A stretch of DNA of 57,122 nt, filler included, from Sphacelaria rigidula (taxonomy: Eukaryota), in the NCBI GenBank assembly GCA_964200075.2. It is 4 parts of 4 records of this genome, joined end to end, with 100 filler letters (N's around TTAATTAATTAA, not from the genome) between each part and the next. Parts side by side here need not be neighbours in the genome. Positions count along the whole stretch, not along the records: positions 14,308 to 28,514 come from CAXNAA020002385.1; positions 28,615 to 42,820 come from CAXNAA020002386.1; 2 more parts are not named here. The stretch is one strand, 5' to 3'. The translations under genes were made by a program, and so were the position numbers. This document shows positions 25,025-36,000 of the stretch, piece after piece. How positions within the stretch are numbered: position 1 is the stretch's first letter; the number at the start of each line of letters is the position of its first letter. The notes beneath the pieces were generated by a model that did not search any database, had not been told where the DNA came from, and was given only the letters and a program-made list of their open reading frames with translations.

Positions 25025-27401
25025 ATCACGCGCCTACGGGCCAAGAAGACGAACTCACAATCTCAGAAAAAAAATCCAGAGCGTTCTCTCCGTTTTACGG
25101 CAGGGGTAAAAAGTTCGGAGGTGGCGTTCTTTGTTAGCAAATGAGTTTCTGGTAATGTACAATATCCGGGCTTGTTGAGCGATGTTCCATCGCCGAGCAC
25201 AGGAGATTACACTTGATCGCGGGCGCCGTTCATATGGGACAGGTTTTTGAGTCACGTACACAGTGCACTCATGCACATGAAGGTATAAACGTCTTGCCAA
25301 TCCCAGACTCTGGAGGCGCTGCCGGTGTAGAGCTGAAAGTGTTGTGAAACTGGCACTTAGACTGTTGACTTTCCGTGCGTTTTTTCTGTGGATGGAGGCA
25401 TCTGTTGATGTTTGAGTTATCTCTCTCGTAGAAGTGAATGGTGCTACGCGTGTGTTTACCTTCCCAAGAGGCACGGATCGTCCGAAGTTGCTTTCGACAG
25501 CTTAAAGTATTATTACGGGTATTTCGGAGTGTCGATACTCCAGTTTGTCGAGAGTACTCAAGTGTTCTATAGACGTTGATGGTGCAGGAACTAGGAGGAC
25601 CGAGTACTTCACTGAGCACTCCCGAATACTCGAGTGTGTAGAGACGTTGGTAGTCCAGGTACTACGGTAGGAAGACTGAGTACTTTACTGAGTATCCCCA
25701 GATTCCACACCTAGTGTTTCGGACCATGCATACCCCAGGTGCTCTGCGGTATTCGGCACTTGGAAGAGGTCGACACCACGCTCTTGGTACTTCGAACATT
25801 CAGCTTCCCATACTAGCAGTTGCGGCCTTTACTGGCCCGACGTCCTGGTTGCTGGTGCTTCTTCACCACCCCACCGCTCTTGCGAACCTCTCCCGCCCGT
25901 GGCACTCTGTACTGGGTACCTACAACAGCGCAATTTTTCAGGAGTGCGCACACCACAAAATTGCAATGCGCTACGGGCCGTGTGATGCTCGTCATACGTT
26001 CGTTCTCCGGCTTGTACCGTGCACGGTATCGTCTTGTGACATCAACCACGTTGATGCATTTGTACGGTACACGGACCAATGCAAGCTATGTACCTACCTG
26101 CCCAGTATCCGGGGTTGGAACTGCACTCCGGGATACCCGAAATACTCGTTGTTTTGGCGAGTCCATCCCCCGGGTACCCTGGAGCAGTCCGTATTTTGGG
26201 GGTATCGATATTCCAGTTGCGTTGGAATACTCAGTAGTTCGTGGAGTCGGTATTCCCAGGTACTCTGGAGTAGTGAGCACTATGAATCAGTTGAATCCGG
26301 AGAATTTGAAAAGCCGTACTCTATCTCAAGCATGTTTGAAATTTTCGAGCATAGTGCTCGTAAACGGCAGAAGACGGGGAAGCGGAATTGTTACGCGTGA
26401 TGATGAGGGATCGTTGGTGTACGGTGGGAGAGAAACTAATGGTGAATGAAGTACTAGATCGTTTTGAGATTGTCAGGGTATGTACGAAGTGTTGTCTACA
26501 TGTTGTACTCTGTGGTTGCCTTGGTATTATCCCTAATTCGAGGATATTTTCGCCAAATTGAGTGTCTAGCATTTGATTGAGGGCGGGTTTTTATTATTTT
26601 CGTCTTACCTTGACCGGTTTTTTTATTCGTTGCTTTTTTTTCGCCTGTGACGACGTGGTGCGCTTACAGCTACACGCCGTCATCCCACGCAGGGGTATCA
26701 AAGTCTTCAGGGACAAGTTACTGCAGAAAGCGTATAAAGCCTCCTGTAAGACCCTGAGGGGCATTTCGGTAGTCAAACTGTTTCAGGCACCAATCGACCA
26801 TTTCTAGGTGTCGGAGCTCTAGATTTCTGCCGATATTGACCAGGCCAGTGCGAAGAAAATGTGCTTTGAATGCTTTTGTTCGAGCCGCTCCGCGACCAGC
26901 TCGGCGAAGTATTCCCCGAGTACCGGATTAGGATTTCCGACTATTTTGGGTTCTCAATCACAATCAAATTCTAGACACACTGACGAAAATGTTGTTTTTT
27001 GCTTTTGCTGTGGGGTTTTCTTCTGCGGGGACGAGAAAGTTGGGTCGATTTGAGCAGGTGTATACCCATGCGTTCACTTTATTGCTTGACGTCCACATCG
27101 CCATTGATTGTAGAAGGTTTGACATGATCGTGCCGCCGAGGTTTTCCGAGCGGATCCTGGAGGACGGCGATTTTTCGCGAATTTGAAAATACTTTGTCGT
27201 ACATTGTGCACCGCCTGCGCTCGTGATACCTTGGAATACATGCAGCTGATGCTTCGTGGCGTCATGGAATATCGATCATAGACTTTCACAATGACGGTGA
27301 TGAAGCAGCCAGTGATTTCGTGGCACCGTGTTGTGAGGACGCGAAACTAGGAGGTTATAATAGCCAAAAGTCTGGCATGCCCGCCTGTCTGTGCAGCCCT
27401 G

Positions 27402-27822
27402 TAACAGTGGATTCTCGAAAATGGGGTTGAAAACAAAATGAGGTTCAACTCAAAAGTCGTGCTTTTCCTGGCCTAAATTCATGACAAATGACTTCCATAT
27501 GGACCATCCCATCTCTCCCGACCTCCCTAAAACTATTTCGAGGGATTTCTAGCCTTCCGTTCCCCCAAAGGATATGTACGAAAGCACAATTTTGGGGACA
27601 AAAAACGCCCCTTTTTCACCCCGAAATTGAGACAAAAATGTGCTTTCGCACATATCCCTTGGAAGAATGGAAGACTATAAATCCCCCGAAATAGTTTTAG
27701 GGGGGTCGGGAGGGATGGAGTGGTCCATATGAAAGTCATTTGTCATGAATTTAGGCCAGGAGAAGCACGGCTTTTGAGCTGAACCTTTTTTTTTCAACCC
27801 CATTTTCGAGAATCCACTGTTA
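27402..27822. mobile_element. Near-perfect fold-back MITE (about 420 bp)
   Basis: TAACAGTGGATTCTCGAAAATGGGGTTGAAAA ... TTTTCAACCCCATTTTCGAGAATCCACTGTTA. The arms pair for about 190 bp. The TSD is ambiguous: TA, or the flanking CTG. Confidence 0.9.
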
Positions 27823-28514
27823 CTGGTGCGTTACCGTGCCGGATGCATGGCAGCAAGAATCAAACAGCAGGCTACCGCGCGGGGGGGGCTGTTCTGAACG
27901 CTGGGTCTGGTTTTTAAAATGTCGTTTCGGCTTCGCCTTCCCCTGGTGTGCGAGGAGGGGAAAATGCCAAGCACCACGGACTCTCCACACATGCCATGTG
28001 GAACCATCCTACGCCGCACAGGTACACACTGTGAACATGCAAATCGATGCCTCTCCGCACCTTACATTTTGAAAACCAACAGACCGCCAGCAGCCGAACA
28101 ATTTGCTCTCCACAATCTCATTATTTCCAACTGGCACAGGGGGCAGCGTGAAAAATAATTATGGGCATATAGACCCCAAAATCGGAAAATTGCGTTTGTG
28201 AGGGGGAGGGGGGGGGGGGGGGGNNNNNNNNNGAGGGGAGGTGCGGCCATGGCGGCGGCGGTGGGCTGGGGGGGGGTGGGGGGGGGGGCGGGGGGGGGGG
28301 GGGCGTACTCATTTGTTGCTTGCCGAAGTAGTTTGATCATTGACCATGCATCCCTTTCGAGACGGAGCACCGTTCCTACTCCTAATAGAGATACCTCCAA
28401 CATTTCGGCGCTCATTACGTTTCTTCCATACATTTCACAGAAACCTTTTACATCCCCGTCCTGTTTTGCCGTCTGTGGCCACCATTTATCTCCTAGTACT
28501 TTTTTTTTTTTTTT

Positions 28515-28614
28515 NNNNNNNNNNNNNNNNNNNNNNNNNNNNNNNNNNNNNNNNNNNNTTAATTAATTAANNNNNNNNNNNNNNNNNNNNNNNNNNNNNN
28601 NNNNNNNNNNNNNN
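28515..28614. other. Artificial contig-join linker
   Basis: N44-TTAATTAATTAA-N44. Confidence 0.97.
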
Positions 28615-29549
28615 AGGGTATCCGTGTGGTCACGATACGAGGCGGCAGCCAGAATCCTGTCTTGGCTACCACCGTCTTCGTATTGCAGCGGGGGAGGCGT
28701 CCAGAAGAAACCTCAGCAAATTGGAGGCCGCACAACCTCTCGCTGGGACCGGCGTCGGCTAGTGGGTCGCCCAGAAGGGCACCCATCCACGAACTCGCGT
28801 CCCACAAACATTGCCTCCGTCTACGCCGCAGCACGTGGGAAGTCCGCACCGTTGAAAGCACCGTCGTGGTCGACGCCGATCATGGGCGTGCAATACTTGG
28901 AAGGGGCGGTCGCTTCTCTATCGCAACAGTGCAGGGAAACTGGCAGCGGTGACCGGCGTCCAGGAGAGGTTGAGTTTGCCAAGGCTTCGGCCGCATTTGT
29001 GTACTTGGCTTCACCTCGCGGCGATGATATACGTGACCGTTGCCCCGCGCGCACCTGTTGTCGGTGCTGCTGCGATTGGCCGGGGACCGACGACAGACCG
29101 AAGCCTCCCTTCGGGTACGAAATACCTTTCACTCGGCGCCGTTCATTCGGCCGCGCTCCCGCTGTGCTGCTCTCCTTTGATAGGCCTGCCGCAGCGGCAG
29201 CGCTGGCTCGCGGCACTGCGACCGTCTGTTGCTTGACCCCATCACCGAATCGCTCGTGGCTTGAGCGATAGGTGTGCACTGGGGGTACGAAACTCTCCGC
29301 CGCAGCCCCCTTGTGCATGCTGCCGCGAAGACGCTCGGCCGAACTCGTCTTGATGCGGGTAAGCTCCTCACACGCCGCGTGATGTTCGTCTAGAGACGAA
29401 TGAGGAGTTTGCCGGTCCCAGCGAGAGGTTGTGCGGCCTCCAATTTGCTGAGGTTTCTTCTGGACGCCTCCCCCGCTGCAATACGAAGACGGTGGTAGCC
29501 AAGACAGGATTCTGGCTGCCGCCTCGTATCGTGACCACACGGATACCCT
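28615..29549. repeat. Exact 139-bp inverted duplication (28615-28753 vs 29411-29549) around GC-rich coding-like DNA
   Basis: Base-by-base reverse-complement match. ORFs 28624+ and 29540- share an identical N-terminal translation. Confidence 0.9.
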
Positions 29550-29609
29550 CGTGGAGGCTCAGCCAGTTGGGCGTCGTGATGAAACACATCACCCCCTCGC
29601 TTGCCGGCG

Positions 29610-30844
29610 ATTAGACACTCGTGCTGGTGCGATTGTACCTCGTCCGTATGGCGATACTGTGCGTAGTACCGCGCCGGGTGAAGTTGTTCACTTCGGTTTT
29701 CTGTACGTCGGAAATAGCGGACCTGAAGGTGCTAATGGTTTGCTTGAGGAGAATTGTTTTTGGTACGTTTTGGTTATCATGGATGATTTGCCTAATTTCG
29801 TTTGCTTAGAGCCGACCGAGGCTTGCACCGCCGAGGTTACGGCTAAGCACTTCCTCAATTGGTGCAAGACTTTGGGGGTGCCGCGTGTTTGGGTTAGTGG
29901 TACCGCCACGCACTCAAGAATCGAGTGATCGCGCAGCTGAGCGATGTGCTGAAGGTGCAACACCAATTTGCTGTTGCGTATACCTCTTGGTCGAATGGTG
30001 CTTGTGAACGCATGGTGAAAGAGGTTATTTGTACCTTGCGGTCTATTTCGTCGGAACAGAGACGGCCAGTGTCTGAATGGGTTGATGTTTTGCCAGCCGC
30101 TCAGTGGGCGTTGAATACTTCTTCTCGTGAACGCTACCGTAACACTCCGTCTTTCTTTATGTTTGGGCGTGCGCCGCGTACAGCGTGCGCCGCGCTGGCT
30201 TCTGCCACTGGCGGTGAGTGGAACGTCGGTGTCATGGGTGCTGATTCATTGCGCGACAAGGTTCGAGGCGTGGTTGCGAGCAAGTGCAGTTTTGTAACGA
30301 AGTGCAAGCTGCTGTCGCGGCGTCTTGCGAAATCAAACGCAACTTTGCTCAGGGCCAGGCTATGTTGCCCAAGTTTGCAGTTGGCGATTTCATATTGTAT
30401 GCCCGTGTTTGTAGGTAAGGTGTGACGCCAAAGTTAATCTCCACATGGACAGGTCCGTGGCGAGTGATCGGAGGCGATCACGCTCACGTGTATTCGATGC
30501 AGAACATTGTTTCTGGTGCCGTGCACTCGGCCCATGTCGCTCGTTTGCGTTTCGATGCTGACTCGCTGTTGCACATAATTGCGGAACTAAAAGATGCACT
30601 TCAGCATTCATATGCTCAAGGGGAATGTCGGGTGAATGCTTTGATACACGTCGCTGAGGATGACAACAGTGATGTCATTGTTTTTGTCGATTGGGAAGGG
30701 TTCGGTGCTGAAGAACGTACGTGGGAGTTTCTTCGCAAAATTTATTCTCCTGCGCCTGAATTTGTTTCGAAGGAACCGCGAAAAATGCGGTTGACTCGGG
30801 CGCTGACAAGTAAATTAGTGTCGGAGTATGGTATTTCTTTGTGA
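29610..30844 (+). pseudogene. Gypsy family A integrase and chromodomain remnant
   Basis: PGEVVHFGFLY, YVLVIMDD, GVPRVWVSGTATH, YTSWSNGACERMV, PKLISTWTGPWRV and chromodomain VFVDWEGFGAEERTWE. The frame is shifted and catalytic Asp residues are mutated. Confidence 0.88.
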
Positions 30845-30921
30845 TGTGGCGCATGCAATTTCGCCTTGGTTTTGTTCGTTGCCAATCTCATTCGTTTGTC
30901 TTGAACTCGCTTTGAGGGTGC

Positions 30922-31186
30922 TATAGCCGAACGGTACCAAGCCGTGGGTTTCAGTATAACCGCATGCATGATTGGAGTAGTGGCAGGGCACAGGGGATCC
31001 TGGATTGATGACCCTTATCTGTGTGGCCCCTTGCTGTTTAGCTCTTGATGTGGTCTGTAGAGGATCACTCCGCAATAATAACAAGTTAGAAGAAAGGACT
31101 TGTCGATCACGAGGCCAGTGCTACTGGAGGAGTCCCTCGTGGATAGTCCTCTCGTCCAAATCGTCCGACAGAGGCTATAAGGTCCA
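30922..31186 (+). mobile_element. 3' LTR of a Gypsy family A copy
   Basis: Follows GAGGGTG and aligns with 1953-2216. Confidence 0.78.
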
Positions 31187-32147
31187 GTAATTTTGGTAAT
31201 CTCAACTAAAGTTCGAGAGTTTCAGCTGGAATACTAAGCCTTTAGCTTGAATCCTGAAACTTCGAATGAAATACTAAACCTTCAACCGCTAATGCTGAAA
31301 ATTCAAATCAAATATTTGCTGTTCGAATCGAATGTGACGTTCCACTTGAACGTTCGAACCAAAGCTTACATTGAAGGTCGGCTGTCCTGGGTAAATTTGA
31401 GAGCAAAAGCCGACTTCCAAGTCGATCCGTTGATTTCAGCGCTCAAATAGAACGCTGACCTTTCATATCTAACGTCCAGCACAAAAATCACAACAAACGT
31501 AACGTTCGATATATCCTTCAACGAAAACATCAAACTTTCGCGTCAAGGTATATTTATGTTGAACGTGATTGATGCCGCGATAGCCCGCCTCAGAAAAGTG
31601 GCTGGTTCGAGGCCTCAAAATCTACATGTAAAATCAAGATGACGTATGCTGAGCACACCGAGCAGCTGGGAACTCCCTCGCTTGGGATCGTTTTCACCAA
31701 TGTCGCCCACATGGTGCGCTTTATGCTGGGTGAAATCAGTTAGCATGCACTGAATGACTATTTTCTTCGTAATACTTTCGGGGCTGGTTTGAGGGAGGGC
31801 TATCGCGGAATTACTCCCGTCTAAACCGGAAGCCGAACATCCACGTGGACCTCACACATGAAAATGCAATTTGGATGTACCCTCGACTTTTTACCCAGGT
31901 CAACCTTCGACTTTGATATTACCTTGAACGTTCGACTGAAGGTCTTCGACTTTAACGCTCAAGCTAACATTTGACACATAACCCAAGGTTCAAGTTAACC
32001 ATCGACCTTCAAGTTCAAGATGTAAAAATTGAGGTCGAAGAATCACTTGATTAAGGCTTGACCTTGAACTTGCATGTTAGAGTTCAAACTCGATCATTCG
32101 AGTGGACTTGGAACGTTTTATATCGGAAGGCTCGAGCGTTCAAAGGT

Positions 32148-34018
32148 TTCACACACAGATCAGCTCCCTGTAGCTTAAGCTAGCTCCTTTTTAGCGTAGC
32201 TCCCTGGTGAGTCATGAGAGCTATATGAGCTAAAAACATTTTCCCTGGGTGAGCTATAAGAGCTGCATGAGCCACGCATGCTTGGCCTAGATAGGCTACC
32301 AACCCGTAGCTCATCAGCTCATATTCGCCGTAAGTGAGCTATGAGAGCTGCATGAGCTACGCATGTTTGCCCTAAGGGAGCCACCAACCTATAGCTCATC
32401 AGCTCATATTTGCGTCATGGGTGAGCAATGAGAGCTGCATGAGCTACGCATGTTTGGCCTAGGTGAACTACCAACCCGTAGCTCATCAGCTCATATTTGT
32501 CGTCGGTAAGCTATGAGAGCTACACGAGAAACGCATGCTTGCCCTCCATGAGATATGGGAGCTACGTGAGCTACACATGTTTGCCCTGGGTGAGCTACCG
32601 GACGTAGCTCATCCGCGCATGCTTACCCTGGGTAAGCTGTGAGAGCTATATCAGCTACGCATGTCTGCCCTGGTTGAGCTAAATAGCTACGGGAGCTACG
32701 CCGATTTTGGAGTTGCATTTATTCCGATGCTCATGCAGGTAGATACGTGAAAACGGTCACATATGTACACACGTGTGTTCTGTTTTGTGCTGTGATGGAT
32801 TTGCCGTTTGTAAACATCAACAATGACCGCATCAGAAGCCATCCCCACCGTAGCCACCACACCCACACACCACACACAACCACACGCACACACAACCCAC
32901 CCGACATGGCGACCGCCGGGGGCAGCAGCTCTAGCGGCGCTTCAGTCGGAAATGATGCCGTGGATCTGGATCCTCCGCAACAGGCGACCGATGTGGAGGA
33001 AGAAGTGAACACACATATAGGGCTACCCATATTTGATTGCTTAGCCTTTTGATCGCGAGGGTACACGATCAGTTGAAGCGGCCTCATTTACACCAAAAAA
33101 ATATTAACTATGCTGGTTTCACAGATGACCTACCCTTGCGGTCAAATCGGCTTTCATTTCACTTGAAAAAAATATGCATGACTAGATCGACTCGTACCGC
33201 CGCGGCCAAGCTGCCAAAAGCAATGGATTGTTCGATTATTGAGGGCACCAAATCTTAGTCATGTTCTGAACCGTTCGACCATGCGAACGAGGATTCGTTT
33301 TGAGTGTTTTGTTTCCAACTGGGCAAAGCGAGGCAGAGAACCACAATCTGATGGCATGTTACGCCGTCCATTCAAGAATGTAACAGCATGAGCGACACCA
33401 GGTTAGCTAGGCACATGACGTGAGTGAGCTACGAGCATTTGTTTCCAGGGTGAGCTACTGGGCGAAGCTCATCCACTCATTTTCTCCCTGCGTGAGCTAT
33501 AACAGCTGCGTGATCTACACATGTTTGCCTTGGGTGAGCTATCGAGTGTAGCTCATCAGTGTATGTTTTTCCTGGGTGAGCTGTAAGAGCTGCATGAGCT
33601 ACGCATGGTTGCCCTAGGTGAGCTATTATACCAACCGATAGCTTATCAGCTCATATATACCATGGGTGAGTTATGAGAGCTGCATGACCTACGCATGTTT
33701 GGCCTAGGTGAGCTATCAACCCATAGCTCATCAGCTCATATACGCCCTGGGTGAGCAATTAGAGCTACATGAGCTACGCACGTTTGTCCTCCGTGAGCTA
33801 CCAACCCGTACGTAGCTCATCAGCTCATATTCGCCGTGGGTTACCTATGAGAACTACATGAGCTACGCACGTTTGCCCTGGGTGAGCTACCAACCCGTAG
33901 CTCATCCGCGCACGTTTACCTTGGGCGGGCTATCGGACGTAGCTCGCATGTACATATTTGACTACAAGTGAGCTACAGCACGCAGATGAGCTAGCTCATG
34001 AGCTGTCCGACGTGTGAA
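32148..34018. mobile_element. Putative non-autonomous DNA transposon with two arrays of about 85-bp GAGCT-rich repeats
   Basis: Termini TTCACAC...GTGTGAA with an inner inverted CAGCTC/GAGCTG. Repeat arrays lie at about 32160-32700 and 33410-34005, around a unique core. Confidence 0.55.
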
Positions 34019-34865
34019 TGGTTCATGCTCACTTCCACATTGAGCAGTCCGAGGACAGGTCGGGTAAGGTAAACACCTGGGTATTTACTCTCCCGAATGT
34101 TTTCCTGCGATGATCCGATTTCCACCTACCCAAATGTAGGGTAGAGGTAGGTACGACATCATTACTCTACCCAATACCTTGGTGTTGTTCAGTACGATCT
34201 CAGTACCCTACTCAAGTTTCGTGTACGTAGAGAACGTTTTTTTTAAATACCTATGCGAAACAAAGGCCCTACTCGACCTGCCCTTGGTTGGGATATTTGA
34301 TGCATTTCATGCACAGGTAGGGCGTTGATTGAATCCTTCTAGTCTCAAGCAAAGGTTCAAATGAAATGCTCAACTTAACCCGAAGGTATATTTGAAAATT
34401 CGGCTTGCAAATTCAATTTTCAATCATTCTCAACTCAATAATTTCGTTTGAAAGTCCGGCCTTCAAGTTATAGCAATCACCTTGGTCGTGGAACATTGAA
34501 GTGAACCACAATTTGTTCATCTGAAAGGTTCAACCCAAAGGCCGATATTTCAAGCGAACGATTGACTCCTAAGAAGCACGTTCAACGTGAGGGTTGAAAT
34601 TCCAACTGCACATGTGGTGTCAACCTGAACGTTCAGCTTAAGCTTCGAACATCCGGGTGAATTTAGTGATTACACAACATGGGCTTCATCTTGAACGTCG
34701 TATTTAACTCTATGGTTGAAATCAAATTTCTTAATTGTCCTTGAAGAGTTGTGTTGAAATGGCGACGTTTAACTTGAACATTTAACTTGAATGCGCGGAA
34801 GGCTCAAGTAAAGATCTACTTGACCCTTTACTTGAACATTCAAGGAGGAGGAGCCGTTCATATGA

Positions 34866-35046
34866 GACACTTTCTACGATAGCCCCCCCAAAAAAGTGCA
34901 TGGTTTTGGGAGGCCAAATCTTCACGTAAATGTCGCCAATATGAGGCGCTTCATGCAGCCTGAACCCGAACATCAGGCGCTGTATGGCCGTTTGTTTCGC
35001 GACAGTTTTAGCTGGTTTTTTGGGGGGGGCTATTGTAGAAAGTGTC
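34866..35046. mobile_element. MITE (181 bp) with TIRs of about 30 bp and 4-bp TSD
   Basis: ATGA|GACACTTTCTACGATAGCCCCCCCAAAAAA ... TTTTTTGGGGGGGCTATTGTAGAAAGTGTC|ATGA. Confidence 0.88.
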
Positions 35047-35329
35047 ATGAAGAGGACACGTGAATGTCTACTTCAAGTTCAAGGTTCAGCTTATACTTTG
35101 CACTTGAAGGTTCACTTTGTGGGTTGAAGGAATACTCTGTGACATGAAGGTTCAACATGAAAGTTGTAATGATTAATGCTTACAGTGAGCGGTCAGCATT
35201 TGACTCGATTATTTGATATTCTTACTTCCACGCAGATCCTTTTACCTTTAAGTTGAACCGTTCTAACTTCAGGTAAGCCTTCAAGTCGAACTCTTCATGT
35301 TGGCGGCTACCCCGTCGTACGGAAAGGAC

Positions 35330-36000
35330 ATATTTGCTTGTTGCCTATGAGGGACGTTTTCAAATGCTCACGTGGTACAGAGTCGACGGCTATTCCTACG
35401 ATAGGGAAATCAGTCACTTTGCTGCTTTAAGAGAGAATCTTGAAGTACTCAAGTGGTGCAGGATCAGGAATATGTGGACATGCGCTTGCACTGCGAAGAG
35501 AGGGCATCTGGAGGTGCTAAGGAGTCGTGCTACGGTAATGGTGCAAAACATGCTCCTGGACCGGCGTACTGGAGTCAGACATGTATTTTCGTACACTTGC
35601 ACTAGTGCACTTAGGAGAAAGTTGCGTCTCAACGTGAGGTGCTGCTCTCGCAGGCAAACATTTGTGAAAAATATCATTGTTTTGTTTCACAATGTGAAAA
35701 TACCTCAGCAACGTGTGGGCCAAACATGTAGTGAAGAGCCCATGGCTGCCCGTGGAACGAGCATGCTACCACCGTCGCGGAGGGGTGTCTATAGGTTGTC
35801 AAATGGAGGAGATCTAAGGTATGCTTTTGAGTTCCATGGTGAGGTGCTTTCGCTGCCTCGAACAGGCATTTGAAGGTGCTGAAGTGGTCTGGGGTCAACA
35901 CCTTCTCTAGGATGAAAGGAAATGCGGCTGCGCTGTGCAAAGGGGGCATCTCAGAAAGCTGCAATGGCTGAGGACTGAAGGTGTCCGCGAAGTGAGAGCG
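35330..36000 (+). pseudogene. Degenerate ankyrin-repeat gene (AAxxGHLEVLKW...GCPW type)
   Basis: Fragments in shifting frames: HFAALRENLEVLKWCR, TCACTAKRGHLEVLR, HGCPWNE, AASNRHLKVLKW, RGHLRKLQWLRTEG. Confidence 0.7.

Noticed and set aside
25714..26449. Overlapping ORFs of 228 and 209 aa downstream of the helicase
   Set aside because: No recognisable domain, and they overlap GAGTACTC-rich repeat DNA.
1953..31186. One giant LTR element bounded by the two family A LTRs
   Set aside because: The LTRs lie on different contigs separated by artificial linkers and are clearly diverged.
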